Sequence record: MT446387.1
Reading direction: 5' to 3' (one strand)
DNA from: Escherichia phage TH09
DNA: 64,000 nucleotides
Shown here: piece after piece, positions 38,315-48,389 of the stretch
Layout: each line of letters begins with the position of its first letter
How positions within the stretch are numbered: the first letter of the stretch is position 1
The notes under the pieces: generated by a model
Database searches by the model: none
Told to the model about the DNA's origin: nothing
The model's input: only the letters and a program-made list of their open reading frames with translations
Made by a program: the position numbers and the translations under genes

Positions 38315-38655
38315 TGTTTATCTTTAATTGGTTTAAAAATTTCTTTACAGATTTTTTCTCTACAACTCCCGGAGAAGGTGTAGTTCCTATTTCAAATGAC
38401 TACCTTCCTTTAACTGTAGTTGAATATGTTTATATGGGAGATGGAACAGTAGAAGCAGTTACTATGACTTATGAAGAAGCCCAAGAATATTATAAAAATC
38501 CTTGGCGTTGGTCAACACCTACTACATCATCTAATGCACAGAATACACAGTCTAGTTCTGATTCATATGACACCAATGTTCCTGTTCATGTATGGGCAGG
38601 TGATTCATGTGGAAGTTCTTGTGATTCTAGTTGTTCATCTACATCTTGTGATTGA
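38314..38655 (+). CDS. hypothetical protein with Cys/Ser-rich C-terminal tail
   Basis: 113 aa; C-terminus [18 protein letters not shown]. Confidence 0.5.
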   Translation: MFIFNWFKNFFTDFFSTTPGEGVVPISNDYLPLTVVEYVYMGDGTVEAVTMTYEEAQEYYKNPWRWSTPTTSSNAQNTQSSSDSYDTNVPVHVWAGDSCGSSCDSSCSSTSCD

Positions 38656-38663
38656 GGAAAATT

Positions 38664-39149
38664 ATGGAAGCGATTTTGTTTGAAATGTATATTAGCAGTA
38701 ATAGCATGTCGTTTGCTAAAGATGTTCCAATTACTGTAGCCGTAGTGATTGATAAGGGTTATTGTAACCCTATGTATCTCGTAGAAAATTTCGTTTCAAT
38801 GCCAGTTCCAGAAGATGTTGAAATAAAACTTAAAAAGATCGGAATTATTGAAACTGTGCCAAATAGTCCGTTTAGAGCAATTGAAGCATTTACTAAATCC
38901 GAATACATTAATGTTAGCGCAGAACAATATAATGGTAATCCTTTATCTTTTTATTCGTACGATTCAGTATATGACTGGAAAATAAATGAAGGAAATAAAT
39001 TTATAATTGCGAGTGAAGATGCTTTATCATACTTTATTTATTATGTATGGAATAATTTAAATCCAAAATTGCTAAAAATTCATGAATTTGACGATGCTCC
39101 TACTATTGTTTTAGGTAAAACAAATGAAAGTTCTGAAGAAAATGCTTGA
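38664..39149 (+). CDS. hypothetical protein
   Basis: 161 aa from ATG 38664 (GAGGAAAATT SD). Confidence 0.5.
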   Translation: MEAILFEMYISSNSMSFAKDVPITVAVVIDKGYCNPMYLVENFVSMPVPEDVEIKLKKIGIIETVPNSPFRAIEAFTKSEYINVSAEQYNGNPLSFYSYDSVYDWKINEGNKFIIASEDALSYFIYYVWNNLNPKLLKIHEFDDAPTIVLGKTNESSEENA

Positions 39150-39327
39150 ATGGTTCAATAGACCAAACTCAATGTATATTGATGATGGTTGGGTTGAACA
39201 GGCAAATAAAGAAATGCAGAACGAATCGGAAGAATGGATGAAATCAATGATTAGTGCTGAGAAAGAAAAGAAATTAGAGCGCTCAGCTCTTAAATTAATG
39301 AGAGATATTTACGGTGATAAATCATGA
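39124..39327 (+). CDS. hypothetical protein
   Basis: 67 aa. Confidence 0.4.
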   Translation: MKVLKKMLEWFNRPNSMYIDDGWVEQANKEMQNESEEWMKSMISAEKEKKLERSALKLMRDIYGDKS

Positions 39328-39488
39328 GCAAAGATATGACGTTAGAAGAGGCCAAAGCAAAAGCAAATGAAGCAATGGATTTGCTTCTTAAAATTGGTAG
39401 TAAAATGATGGAAGAAAATGAGAAATATATCCAGGAAAACAAAATTCCTGATGGTCCATTAGTAGGCAAGAGGAAATCACATGATTGA
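39324..39488 (+). CDS. small hypothetical protein
   Basis: 54-codon ORF; ATGA overlap. Confidence 0.3.
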   Translation: MSKDMTLEEAKAKANEAMDLLLKIGSKMMEENEKYIQENKIPDGPLVGKRKSHD

Positions 39489-39951
39489 AGTAGCAAAACT
39501 GTATTCAATAGGATTTATGTCTAAAGAAGGTAAATCAGTAAATACACTTGATAAAAAATGCTCGTTAATTATTCCTTTAGCAGAAAATCCGGATATTTTA
39601 ATTAAAGATATAAAAGAAAGAAAATATCCAGAAAATGTTATTCTAATTATAAAGCATACTGAAGATATTTTGCAGAATACTGATTCACCGTTTTCTTCTT
39701 CCGAAGCTTTAACTATTAAAGGCTATAAAAGAGCTCATGAATATGGTCTTTTTGACATGTTTGAAGACGATAAAGTTAAATTAGCGAGTCAACCTTCTAA
39801 AAGTAAAACATTCATTATTGAAGATATTAAAGATATAAATGCATTTGTTAGGATGGTCTGGGCTCATTTTGATGTTGGACTACGCTGGAGAATGTCCGAA
39901 GAAGAAAGAAAGATTATTGAAGCTAATCGTCAATTTGGTTTTTATCGCTAG
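39481..39951 (+). CDS. hypothetical protein
   Basis: 156 aa. Confidence 0.5.
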   Translation: MIEVAKLYSIGFMSKEGKSVNTLDKKCSLIIPLAENPDILIKDIKERKYPENVILIIKHTEDILQNTDSPFSSSEALTIKGYKRAHEYGLFDMFEDDKVKLASQPSKSKTFIIEDIKDINAFVRMVWAHFDVGLRWRMSEEERKIIEANRQFGFYR

Positions 39952-39959
39952 GAATTAAT

Positions 39960-40142
39960 ATGGATTTATTTGAGATGTTAGAAGATAATCATTCTACGAA
40001 TATCCAGAATGATTCTAGTGATTATAAGAAAGAGTACCGTATAGTATTACAGAATTATGGAATTGAAGCCCCAGATGCTCTTCTAGAAGAACTAGCTTCA
40101 TACCATCTTGACCCTCCGCCTTGGGCTCCCTGGGCAAAATAA
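39960..40142 (+). CDS. hypothetical protein
   Basis: 60 aa. Confidence 0.4.
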   Translation: MDLFEMLEDNHSTNIQNDSSDYKKEYRIVLQNYGIEAPDALLEELASYHLDPPPWAPWAK

Positions 40143-40192
40143 TTCAAAAAGTTGTTTACTTTCCTTTCTAACGATGATATGATAGCTTCTGA
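40140..40192 (+). promoter_or_regulatory. T4-type early promoter
   Basis: GTTTACT 40154-40160; TGATATGATAG -10 region. Confidence 0.5.
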
Positions 40193-40209
40193 AGTATACG
40201 GAGGCTATC

Positions 40210-40833
40210 ATGATTATTAATCCTGCAGATGTTGAACAGTTATCTATAAAAGCTGAAAGCGTTGATTTTCAATATGATATGTATAAAAAGGTCTGTGAAA
40301 AATTTACTGATTTTGAGCAGTCTGTTCTTTGGCAATGTATGGAAGCAAAAAAGAATGAAGCTCTTCACAGACAGTTGAATAAAATCATTAAAAAGCATTT
40401 AACTAAATCGCCTTATCAATTATATCGTGGTATATCAAAATCGACAAAAGAACTTATTAAAGATTTGCAAGTTGGAGAAGTGTTTTCAACGAACAGGGTA
40501 GATTCATTTACTACTAGTTTGCATACAGCGTGTTCTTTTTCTTATGCTGAATATTTCACTGAAATAGTACTTCGCTTAAAAACTGATAAAGCTTTTAATT
40601 ATTCTGACCATATCAGCGATATTATACTTTCTTCTCCTAATACTGAGTTTAAGTACACGTATGAAGATACTGATGGGTTAGATTCAGAAAGAACTGATAA
40701 CTTAATGATGATTGTACATGAACAAGAATGGATGATTCCAATTGGAAAGTATAGAATAACTTCTATTTCAAAAGAAAAATTACACGATTCATTTGGAACA
40801 TTTAAAGTTTATGATATTGAGGTAGTTGAATGA
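40210..40833 (+). CDS. modB: ADP-ribosyltransferase ModB
   Basis: 207 aa; R-S-E ADP-ribosyltransferase triad context. Confidence 0.65.
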   Translation: MIINPADVEQLSIKAESVDFQYDMYKKVCEKFTDFEQSVLWQCMEAKKNEALHRQLNKIIKKHLTKSPYQLYRGISKSTKELIKDLQVGEVFSTNRVDSFTTSLHTACSFSYAEYFTEIVLRLKTDKAFNYSDHISDIILSSPNTEFKYTYEDTDGLDSERTDNLMMIVHEQEWMIPIGKYRITSISKEKLHDSFGTFKVYDIEVVE

Positions 40834-41432
40834 AATACTCAGTAATGCAACTAAAAGATTTTAAAATAAAATCAATGGATGCATCGGTGCGTGCTTCTAT
40901 TCGTGAAGAATTACTTTCTGAAGGGTTTAATTTATCTGAAATTGAACTTTTAATTCATTGTATTACTAATAAGCCAGATGACCATACTTGGTTAAATGAA
41001 ATAATCAAATCTCGTTTGGTTCCAAACGATAAACCTCTTTGGAGAGGTGTTCCAGTCGAGACTAAGCAGGTGTTAAATCAAGGAATTGATATTATTACAT
41101 TTGATAAAGTCGTATCAGCTTCATATGATAAAAATATAGCTCTACATTTTGCTTCCGGTTTAGAGTATAACACACAGGTTATTTTTGAATTCAAAGCTCC
41201 TATGGTATTCAATTTCCAGGAGTATGCTATAAAAGCTCTACGCTGTAAAGAATACAATCCAAACTTTAAGTTTCCGGATAGCCATCGTTATCGTAATATG
41301 GAATTAGTTTCAGATGAACAAGAAGTAATGATACCAGCTGGAAGTGTATTTAAAATTGCAGATAGATATGAGTACAAAAAGTATTCAACATACACTATCT
41401 ATACTCTTGATTTTGAAGGATTTAATCTATAA
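40830..41432 (+). CDS. modA: ADP-ribosyltransferase ModA
   Basis: 200 aa; paralogue of the upstream ORF. Confidence 0.65.
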   Translation: MKYSVMQLKDFKIKSMDASVRASIREELLSEGFNLSEIELLIHCITNKPDDHTWLNEIIKSRLVPNDKPLWRGVPVETKQVLNQGIDIITFDKVVSASYDKNIALHFASGLEYNTQVIFEFKAPMVFNFQEYAIKALRCKEYNPNFKFPDSHRYRNMELVSDEQEVMIPAGSVFKIADRYEYKKYSTYTIYTLDFEGFNL

Positions 41433-41474
41433 TGGAAGGACTTAGATTCATTATACCATGAAATTTTTAAAGCA

Positions 41475-41525
41475 TTTTTACATAAAGTTGTTTACAAGTT
41501 AAAGTAAAAATGTTATAGTATAAGT
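41475..41525 (+). promoter_or_regulatory. T4-type early promoter
   Basis: GTTTACA 41490-41496, TGTTATAGTAT -10. Confidence 0.55.
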
Positions 41526-41555
41526 AGTTAACCGTCCGTAAGATGTGAGAAAAAT

Positions 41556-42311
41556 ATGAAACTGCATAATATGTCTAATAATCAAATTCGTAAAATTAAA
41601 CGTCGTTTAGAGCATACTCAGGCATCTGCAAAAAGACGTTCTAAAGATTTTAACTTAGACTTCAATTACATTAAGAACATTTTAGATCAAAAAGTTTGTG
41701 CTTACTCGGGAGAACCTTTTGATAATCGTATTGAAGGAGAGAAATTATCATTAGAACGTTTTGATAATAACATTGGATACATTAAAGGGAATGTTATTGC
41801 AGTAAAGAAAAAGTATAATACATTTCGTTCTGATTATACTTTAGAAGAGTTGATTGAAAAACGGGATTTATTTGCTTTGCGAATTGGTCGTTCATCTGCG
41901 AAAAAAGTTCATAAACTAAATTTAGATGAAAAGAAATGGGCTAAAATCAAAAAGACTTATAATCAAATTAAAGCTATACAGAAAAAGCGTGAAAATCGAA
42001 TTGAACACATTTCTCAGCTTTCTAAATCAAAACAGACCTCTGACATTAAGCTAAGGATTATAGCACTTAAAGCTCGTATTGATGGTTCTCGCATAGCAGA
42101 AGGCGCTGAAGTTGTTAAACTGAACGTTCTTCTTAAAGGCTCGGATTGGAAAATTGTGAAAAAGTTGTCAGAAGCAGAAATGCAATATGATATGTGTGAT
42201 AAAATTATTCAAGGTGTAGAGCGGTATCAAAACTTGTCTTTTATTGATAAACTTAAACTGAAAAGAGGATACCCGCTAAATTGTTCAATTTTTAAACTTA
42301 TCCGAGGATAA
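41556..42311 (+). CDS. srd: putative Srd
   Basis: 251 aa between modA and dda; assignment by position and size only. Confidence 0.4.
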   Translation: MKLHNMSNNQIRKIKRRLEHTQASAKRRSKDFNLDFNYIKNILDQKVCAYSGEPFDNRIEGEKLSLERFDNNIGYIKGNVIAVKKKYNTFRSDYTLEELIEKRDLFALRIGRSSAKKVHKLNLDEKKWAKIKKTYNQIKAIQKKRENRIEHISQLSKSKQTSDIKLRIIALKARIDGSRIAEGAEVVKLNVLLKGSDWKIVKKLSEAEMQYDMCDKIIQGVERYQNLSFIDKLKLKRGYPLNCSIFKLIRG

Positions 42312-42312
42312 T

Positions 42313-42624
42313 ATGGTTTATGTATATGCGATAGTTTACCGAGACAAAGACGGATTTACGGCGCCAGTTCCACTTGATGAACATCGTCCTGCTGTGTTTT
42401 TTGAAAGAGAGATTGCTGATAGAGTTTTTACTACTCTCAAAGACCAATATAAACTAGCTTTAGATATGGGAATTCCAAGACTAGTTGAGACTCCACGCAA
42501 GTTTTGGTTTAATAAAATAGAAGTTAAACATGTTAAGCCTGATGTAGATACACAAAGATTATATCAACGAATTCTAGATACTGGGCGTATTGTTAGTATT
42601 CCAATTGCAGGGACTTTCCGATGA
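42313..42624 (+). CDS. hypothetical protein
   Basis: 103 aa immediately upstream of dda. Confidence 0.5.
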   Translation: MVYVYAIVYRDKDGFTAPVPLDEHRPAVFFEREIADRVFTTLKDQYKLALDMGIPRLVETPRKFWFNKIEVKHVKPDVDTQRLYQRILDTGRIVSIPIAGTFR

Positions 42625-43940
42625 CATTTGATGATTTGACAGAAGGCCAGAAAAATGCCTTTAACATCGTTATGAGGGCTATTAAAGAAAAGAAACATCA
42701 TGTAACTATTAATGGACCTGCTGGTACTGGTAAGACTACTCTTACTAAGTTCATCATTGAAGCTTTAATATCAACAGGCGAAACTGGTATCATTTTGGTA
42801 GCTCCTACACATGCAGCTAAAAAGATTCTTTCAAAACTGTCGGGGAAAGAAGCGAGTACTATTCACAGTATTCTTAAAATTAACCCAGTTACGTATGAAG
42901 AAAACGTTCTTTTTGAACAGAAGGAAGTACCAGATTTAGCTAAATGCAGGGTATTAATCTGCGACGAAGTGTCAATGTATGATAGAAAGCTATTTAAAAT
43001 TCTGCTTTCAACTATTCCACCTTGGTGTACTATAATTGGAATAGGTGATAATAAGCAAATTAGACCTGTTGATCCAGGAGAAAATACTGCTTATATCAGT
43101 CCATTCTTTACACACAAAGATTTTTATCAGTGTGAACTTACTGAAGTTAAACGCAGTAATGCTCCTATTATTGATGTAGCTACTGACGTTCGTAACGGTA
43201 AGTGGATTTATGATAAAGTTGTTGACGGGCATGGAGTACGTGGATTTACTGGTGATACCGCTTTACGCGATTTTATGGTAAATTATTTTTCAATCGTCAA
43301 ATCTTTAGATGATTTGTTTGAAAATCGCGTAATGGCATTTACGAATAAATCTGTTGACAAGTTAAATAGCATTATTCGTAAAAAGATTTTTGAAACTGAT
43401 AAAGATTTTATTGTCGGTGAAATTATTGTAATGCAGGAACCATTAATTAAAACATATAAAATTGATGGAAAGCCTGTGTCAGAAATTATTTTTAATAATG
43501 GACAATTAGTTCGTATTATAGAAGCAGAGTATACATCAACCTTTGTTAAAGCTCGTGGTGTTCCTGGAGAATACTTAATTCGTCATTGGGATTTAACAGT
43601 AGAAACTTATGGCGATGATGAATATTATCGTGAAAAGATTAAAATAATTTCATCTGATGAAGAGCTATATAAGTTTAACCTATTTTTAGGTAAAACGGCA
43701 GAAACTTATAAAAATTGGAACAAAGGCGGAAAAGCTCCGTGGAGTGATTTTTGGGATGCTAAATCACAGTTTAGTAAAGTGAAAGCACTTCCTGCATCAA
43801 CATTCCATAAAGCTCAGGGTATGTCTGTAGACCGTGCTTTCATTTATACGCCTTGTATTCATTATGCAGATGCTGAATTGGCTCAACAACTTCTTTATGT
43901 TGGTGTTACCCGTGGTCGTTATGACGTATTTTATGTGTGA
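42621..43940 (+). CDS. dda: Dda DNA helicase
   Basis: 439 aa; Walker A GPAGTGKTT; recognised as T4 Dda. Confidence 0.95.
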   Translation: MTFDDLTEGQKNAFNIVMRAIKEKKHHVTINGPAGTGKTTLTKFIIEALISTGETGIILVAPTHAAKKILSKLSGKEASTIHSILKINPVTYEENVLFEQKEVPDLAKCRVLICDEVSMYDRKLFKILLSTIPPWCTIIGIGDNKQIRPVDPGENTAYISPFFTHKDFYQCELTEVKRSNAPIIDVATDVRNGKWIYDKVVDGHGVRGFTGDTALRDFMVNYFSIVKSLDDLFENRVMAFTNKSVDKLNSIIRKKIFETDKDFIVGEIIVMQEPLIKTYKIDGKPVSEIIFNNGQLVRIIEAEYTSTFVKARGVPGEYLIRHWDLTVETYGDDEYYREKIKIISSDEELYKFNLFLGKTAETYKNWNKGGKAPWSDFWDAKSQFSKVKALPASTFHKAQGMSVDRAFIYTPCIHYADAELAQQLLYVGVTRGRYDVFYV

Positions 43941-43946
43941 GGTTAT

Positions 43947-44207
43947 ATGATTAACATCAATTCAAAATATTTAAATCGTCTAATAGATGGTATAAGGAAG
44001 CATACTAATAAGCAAGATAATCTTAATGTTATGGTAACAGGAGCTGAGCTCCTTCATAAGCTTTATCTTATAAGTGATACTATATTAGCAATTAAACGAA
44101 TTGAAAAACAATCATATCACAGTAATACAGATACGGTAATTACACTAGATGAAAGTGTCTGTAAATTACTAATTAAATTTGAGGAAGCTATTCGTGGAAA
44201 TAACTAA
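43947..44207 (+). CDS. hypothetical protein
   Basis: 86 aa. Confidence 0.45.
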   Translation: MININSKYLNRLIDGIRKHTNKQDNLNVMVTGAELLHKLYLISDTILAIKRIEKQSYHSNTDTVITLDESVCKLLIKFEEAIRGNN

Positions 44208-44439
44208 AGATCAGTTTTATCTTCTTCAGGATAAAGTTAGCGAAATTTATGAAATTGCTCATGGTAAAAATCGTGAAACTGTAAAAATTGAATCTAGTAA
44301 GTTGATGCTTCAATTAGAAGAAATTGAACGAGATTTAATTGCGTTAGAATTCTTTTGTGGTGAAGTGAAAACTGTTACAATCAATGATTACGTTTTAGGC
44401 GAAATTAGCTATCTTTATGAGGCGATTATTAATGATTGA
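44179..44439 (+). CDS. hypothetical protein, tandem paralogue
   Basis: 86 aa; similar to the next ORF. Confidence 0.45.
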   Translation: MRKLFVEITKDQFYLLQDKVSEIYEIAHGKNRETVKIESSKLMLQLEEIERDLIALEFFCGEVKTVTINDYVLGEISYLYEAIIND

Positions 44440-44674
44440 ATTAAGTTGGTACCAGTTTAAATCTCTTATGACAAATGTTAAAGCTGTCATTCAAGAAAAT
44501 CCAGGACCTGATAATGTTACTATTCGCGAAAAAGCTTCAAAGATAGTATACAGTCTTGAAGAGATACAAAAAGACATTGAATCTATGGCAAAATTTATTG
44601 ATGAGCCTATTAATAAAGTTTATATTCAAGACTATACTGTAGGCCAAATTCGCGATTTAGCGAGGAAAGTTTAA
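44417..44674 (+). CDS. hypothetical protein, tandem paralogue
   Basis: 85 aa; similar to the previous ORF. Confidence 0.45.
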   Translation: MRRLLMIELSWYQFKSLMTNVKAVIQENPGPDNVTIREKASKIVYSLEEIQKDIESMAKFIDEPINKVYIQDYTVGQIRDLARKV

Positions 44675-45357
44675 TGTTTGATTTTATTATAGATTTTGAA
44701 ACAATGGGAAGTGGTGAAAAAGCAGCTGTTATTGATTTGGCTGTAATTGCTTTTGACCCTAATCCAGAAGTCGTTGAAACATTTGATGAATTAGTTTCAC
44801 GTGGCATTAAAATCAAATTTGATTTAAAAAGCCAAAAAGGACATCGTCTTTTTACTAAAAGCACTATCGAATGGTGGAAGAATCAATCCCCTGAAGCTCG
44901 AAAAAATATTGCACCATCAGATGAAGATGTAAGCACTATCGATGGTATTGTAAAATTTAATGATTACATCAATGCGCATAATATCGATCCTTGGAAATCT
45001 CAAGGCTGGTGCCGTGGAATGTCGTTTGATTTTCCAATTTTAGTCGATCTCATTCGTGATATTCAACGCCTTAATGGTGTATCTGAGAATGAGCTTGACA
45101 CATTTAAGTTAGAACCGTGTAAATTCTGGAATCAGCGTGATATTCGTACCAGAATTGAAGCACTTCTACTTGTTCGTGATATGACCACATGTCCTCTTCC
45201 AAAGGGAACTTTAGATGGATTCGTTGCACATGATTCTATTCATGACTGTGCGAAAGACATCCTGATGATGAAGTATGCTTTGCGATACGCTATGGGTCTT
45301 GAAGATGCTCCGTCAGAGGAAGAGTGCGATCCTCTGTCTCTTCCAACAAAACGATAA
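44674..45357 (+). CDS. dexA: exonuclease A DexA
   Basis: 227 aa; recognised as T4 DexA. Confidence 0.9.
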   Translation: MFDFIIDFETMGSGEKAAVIDLAVIAFDPNPEVVETFDELVSRGIKIKFDLKSQKGHRLFTKSTIEWWKNQSPEARKNIAPSDEDVSTIDGIVKFNDYINAHNIDPWKSQGWCRGMSFDFPILVDLIRDIQRLNGVSENELDTFKLEPCKFWNQRDIRTRIEALLLVRDMTTCPLPKGTLDGFVAHDSIHDCAKDILMMKYALRYAMGLEDAPSEEECDPLSLPTKR

Positions 45358-45400
45358 AAAGTTGTTTACTTCCTCGGTTAGTTGTGGTATTATAACACCA
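45350..45400 (+). promoter_or_regulatory. T4-type early promoter
   Basis: GTTTACT 45364-45370, TGTGGTATTATAAC -10. Confidence 0.55.
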
Positions 45401-45420
45401 TAGCTACTGAGGATAATAAA

Positions 45421-45933
45421 ATGAAAATTTATCGTGTTGAATCATCGTTTAGCGCATTAAATGATGATAGTGGTATAGTCAAAATTAGGCAAGAGTTATG
45501 CGTTCAATCAACTCCTTATCGTGGATTTGATTCTATGAAAACTCGAACTTGGCTAAAATTTTGTGGTATTAATTCATCGTCATTTCATCATCATAGCGAT
45601 AATTATGAAAGCCATGAAAGTATTCCTATTCCACACGATGATAAGTTATTAGTTGAAAATGCTAATGATGTTATTAAAACTAAATGGAATAAAGATTATT
45701 CACGAATTGAAAATTATATTCCATTGTGGTTTATTGCATTATATCATTTTGCTTTCGCTAGTGAATATGATATGATGAGATGGTTCACTCGAGAAGAGCG
45801 TGAAGACTTAAAAGAACGTGGAATGTACATTGCGATTTATGAAGTGCCAGATGACCAAGTTATCATTGGCGGGCACCAAGTAATGTTCCGTAAATCCCAT
45901 GCCGAATTAAAAGGCTTTATTACCTTAGATTAA
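45421..45933 (+). CDS. hypothetical protein
   Basis: 170 aa from ATG 45421 (GAGGATAATAAA SD). Confidence 0.5.
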   Translation: MKIYRVESSFSALNDDSGIVKIRQELCVQSTPYRGFDSMKTRTWLKFCGINSSSFHHHSDNYESHESIPIPHDDKLLVENANDVIKTKWNKDYSRIENYIPLWFIALYHFAFASEYDMMRWFTREEREDLKERGMYIAIYEVPDDQVIIGGHQVMFRKSHAELKGFITLD

Positions 45934-45943
45934 AGAGAAAATT

Positions 45944-46381
45944 ATGATTAAAAATAATGCTGTTTATCAATTGAAAAAATTTGATGAAATTAAGAATTTT
46001 TCGGTACTGTCTAATACAGCTCATAATAAGTTTTGTGAACTTCTTGGTTTAACTGGCGGATATCCTTTTACTGTTATTAGTGTTAATAGCGGAATTCTTA
46101 TCGGTATGATGTATATTGAAATTAGAAACTATTATGGAATGGTATCACCGCTTATTATTTATGAAAAAGATTTTAGTCTATTGACAGAAATTGAAAAACC
46201 TGAAGATCCAACTGATCTGCTGTGTAAGGCAGTTTATATTCGTCGTCCATTCGCGAATCCTGTGGGTGGATGGGTGACTGATCAGTGGATTGAAGATGGT
46301 GTTGAACTTCTGAACGTAGTTCATGCTGGAGAGTACTCTGTAGTTCCTCGCAGCGCAGTGATTAATGTTCGTGTAAGCTAG
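45944..46381 (+). CDS. MotB-region paralogue 1
   Basis: 145 aa; C-terminal WIEDGVELLNVVHAGEYSVVP shared with next two ORFs. Confidence 0.55.
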   Translation: MIKNNAVYQLKKFDEIKNFSVLSNTAHNKFCELLGLTGGYPFTVISVNSGILIGMMYIEIRNYYGMVSPLIIYEKDFSLLTEIEKPEDPTDLLCKAVYIRRPFANPVGGWVTDQWIEDGVELLNVVHAGEYSVVPRSAVINVRVS

Positions 46382-46415
46382 TTTACAAACTCTTGGGACC
46401 AGAGTATAATGGTCC
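46375..46415 (+). promoter_or_regulatory. T4-type early promoter
   Basis: GTTTACA 46381-46387, TATAAT 46405-46410. Confidence 0.5.
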
Positions 46416-46453
46416 TGCGGAGTATAAATCTTAACAACAAAGAGAGAAAAATT

Positions 46454-46927
46454 ATGATTACTATCGGTGAAATTAAGCGTGTATCGTCTGCATCTCGTTC
46501 TAAAGCTGCAGGTCGTCTAGTTGAAGTGGTAGGACTTCGTACTAATGGTACTGGTCGTGTTAAAGAAGTTAAAGTTCGAATCATTCCTAGTTCTGGAAAA
46601 ACTGAAACTCAGTACGCTTACGTAAGTCCTAAATTTCTGGAAACTCGTGTTAGCTCTCATTTTGCTTCTGTTGAAGAAGTTGAATCCACTGAGTCTAATA
46701 CACAATTTAAATGGGCGTTGTGTAAAGGCGTTGAATTTGTAACTGATGAAGAATTCGATTATATTGATGATTTCGCTGGTCCAAGTAAAACTGATAGGAT
46801 GTGTGGCTTCATCACAGACCAATGGGTTGAAGATGGTAAAAAGCTATACAATATTGTATTTTTAGGTGACTTCCGGGTTGTTGAAGAATCTGAAATCACT
46901 CGTTATGCTTCTCCTCGTAAAGCTTAA
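46454..46927 (+). CDS. MotB-region paralogue 2 (possibly motB)
   Basis: 157 aa from ATG 46454; shared C-terminal motif. Confidence 0.55.
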   Translation: MITIGEIKRVSSASRSKAAGRLVEVVGLRTNGTGRVKEVKVRIIPSSGKTETQYAYVSPKFLETRVSSHFASVEEVESTESNTQFKWALCKGVEFVTDEEFDYIDDFAGPSKTDRMCGFITDQWVEDGKKLYNIVFLGDFRVVEESEITRYASPRKA

Positions 46928-46936
46928 GGAATTATT

Positions 46937-47356
46937 ATGAATATTGTAAATCTCTCTACTGGTGATTACGTATATGTATCCGTTGCTTCTCGTTCTAAAG
47001 TTGCAGGAAAGCTGGTTGAAGTTCTTTCTGTAAGTGATCCAGTTTTTGGTCGTAACGAGGTTAAAGTTCGTGACGCTGATGGTAACATTGGTTATGTCTC
47101 AAGTCAGTTCATTGAGCCAGAAGAAAGCGCATTTAAATGGAAACTTTGTTCTTCAGTTTTAGTTGTAAAAGACCATAAATTCACAATTGCGGCGGCAACA
47201 GATGGAACTCCATGGACAACGAATCAAGTCGCTGGTTTTATTTCGGACCGTTGGGTAGAAGATGGTGTCAAGCTCTACAATATTGTTTTTGCAGGCCAGT
47301 TCATGGTAGTTCCTGAATTCCAAATTAAAAAATGGTGCGAAGCAGCTTTAGCATAA
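46937..47356 (+). CDS. MotB-region paralogue 3
   Basis: 139 aa; shared C-terminal motif. Confidence 0.55.
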   Translation: MNIVNLSTGDYVYVSVASRSKVAGKLVEVLSVSDPVFGRNEVKVRDADGNIGYVSSQFIEPEESAFKWKLCSSVLVVKDHKFTIAAATDGTPWTTNQVAGFISDRWVEDGVKLYNIVFAGQFMVVPEFQIKKWCEAALA

Positions 47357-47384
47357 ATTTGCATAAAGTTTAAAATTTTTTCAT

Positions 47385-47425
47385 AAAACTATATACATCA
47401 GTAGTTGATTATGGTACTATATCAA
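47385..47425 (+). promoter_or_regulatory. possible early promoter
   Basis: TGGTACTAT -10 at 47412-47420 but poor -35. Confidence 0.35.
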
Positions 47426-47463
47426 TATCAACTACTGATACAGAAAATAACTTGGAGAATAAA

Positions 47464-47733
47464 ATGGAAAACTTAATTATCATCGAGCAATCTTTTAACG
47501 ATTATGGTATGGCTTACGGTTATCGTGCGATAATGGAAGATTCTCGTGGATGTGTTATCGATATTGCTGAATGTAAAGATTTACTGCAGCTTTTGAAGAT
47601 TGTTCGTAAAAATTGGGATTGTGAAAATATTAAAGTTCGAGTTGTTACAGAAGAAGAAACTGTTTTTCATGATGTAAAATTCGCTAAAGGTGCTGCTACT
47701 CTTCTGAAACGTATCGCTCCAATGTTTAATTAA
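47464..47733 (+). CDS. hypothetical protein
   Basis: 89 aa from ATG 47464 (GGAGAATAAA SD). Confidence 0.5.
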   Translation: MENLIIIEQSFNDYGMAYGYRAIMEDSRGCVIDIAECKDLLQLLKIVRKNWDCENIKVRVVTEEETVFHDVKFAKGAATLLKRIAPMFN

Positions 47734-47746
47734 TGAGGAAATTGTA

Positions 47747-47962
47747 ATGAAACGTAAAATTGTTCAGAATTGCACTAATGACGAATTTGAAGATGTATTA
47801 TTTGACCCAGATTTGGTAGTGGTTCAAAAGGAACACACCATCAAGTTTACTCACTTGACTTCGGTTTATGTGTATGAAAAGGTTGGTGATAAACAACCAA
47901 TTTACGGTGTATTTCGTGAAATTACTGAAGATGGCACAACTTACTGGAAGGAAATTTATTAA
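47747..47962 (+). CDS. hypothetical protein
   Basis: 71 aa. Confidence 0.5.
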   Translation: MKRKIVQNCTNDEFEDVLFDPDLVVVQKEHTIKFTHLTSVYVYEKVGDKQPIYGVFREITEDGTTYWKEIY

Positions 47963-48387
47963 TGGCTATTAAATTTGAAGTTAATAAATGGTATCAATTT
48001 AAAAATAAACAAGCTCAAGAAGCTTTTATTAAAGACCATACTGATAACGGAATTTATGCACGACGTTTAGGTATGCATCCTTTTAAAATTTTAGATGTTG
48101 ACCATCTTGGTCGTCCTACTAAAATTATGTCATTTACTGGCACAATTGGATATGCAACACATGGTGATATCCTTGACGAAAACTTTATCTGGCTCTCTAC
48201 TAACGAAGCCGAGTTCTTTGATGAAGTGGAAAATCCATATCAGGCAGCTGAAGAGCAAGAGCAGGAAGAGCAAGAGCAAGAACAAATAGAAGATTTCACA
48301 GAATTCCCAGTCATGAAAGTTACTATTGAAAATAATGAACAGGCATGGTCCTTGTATCAGATGCTGAAAGCTCATTTTAAGGAATAA
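47962..48387 (+). CDS. hypothetical acidic protein
   Basis: 141 aa; [12 protein letters not shown] tract. Confidence 0.5.
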   Translation: MAIKFEVNKWYQFKNKQAQEAFIKDHTDNGIYARRLGMHPFKILDVDHLGRPTKIMSFTGTIGYATHGDILDENFIWLSTNEAEFFDEVENPYQAAEEQEQEEQEQEQIEDFTEFPVMKVTIENNEQAWSLYQMLKAHFKE

Positions 48388-48389
48388 TT

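Noticed and set aside
41556-42311. HNH homing endonuclease call for the 251-aa ORF
   Set aside because: A segment (CAYSGEPF...LSLERFDNNIGYIKGNVIAV) loosely resembles HNH-associated motifs, but the catalytic His/Asn/His residues and second Cys pair are missing; position and size fit srd better.
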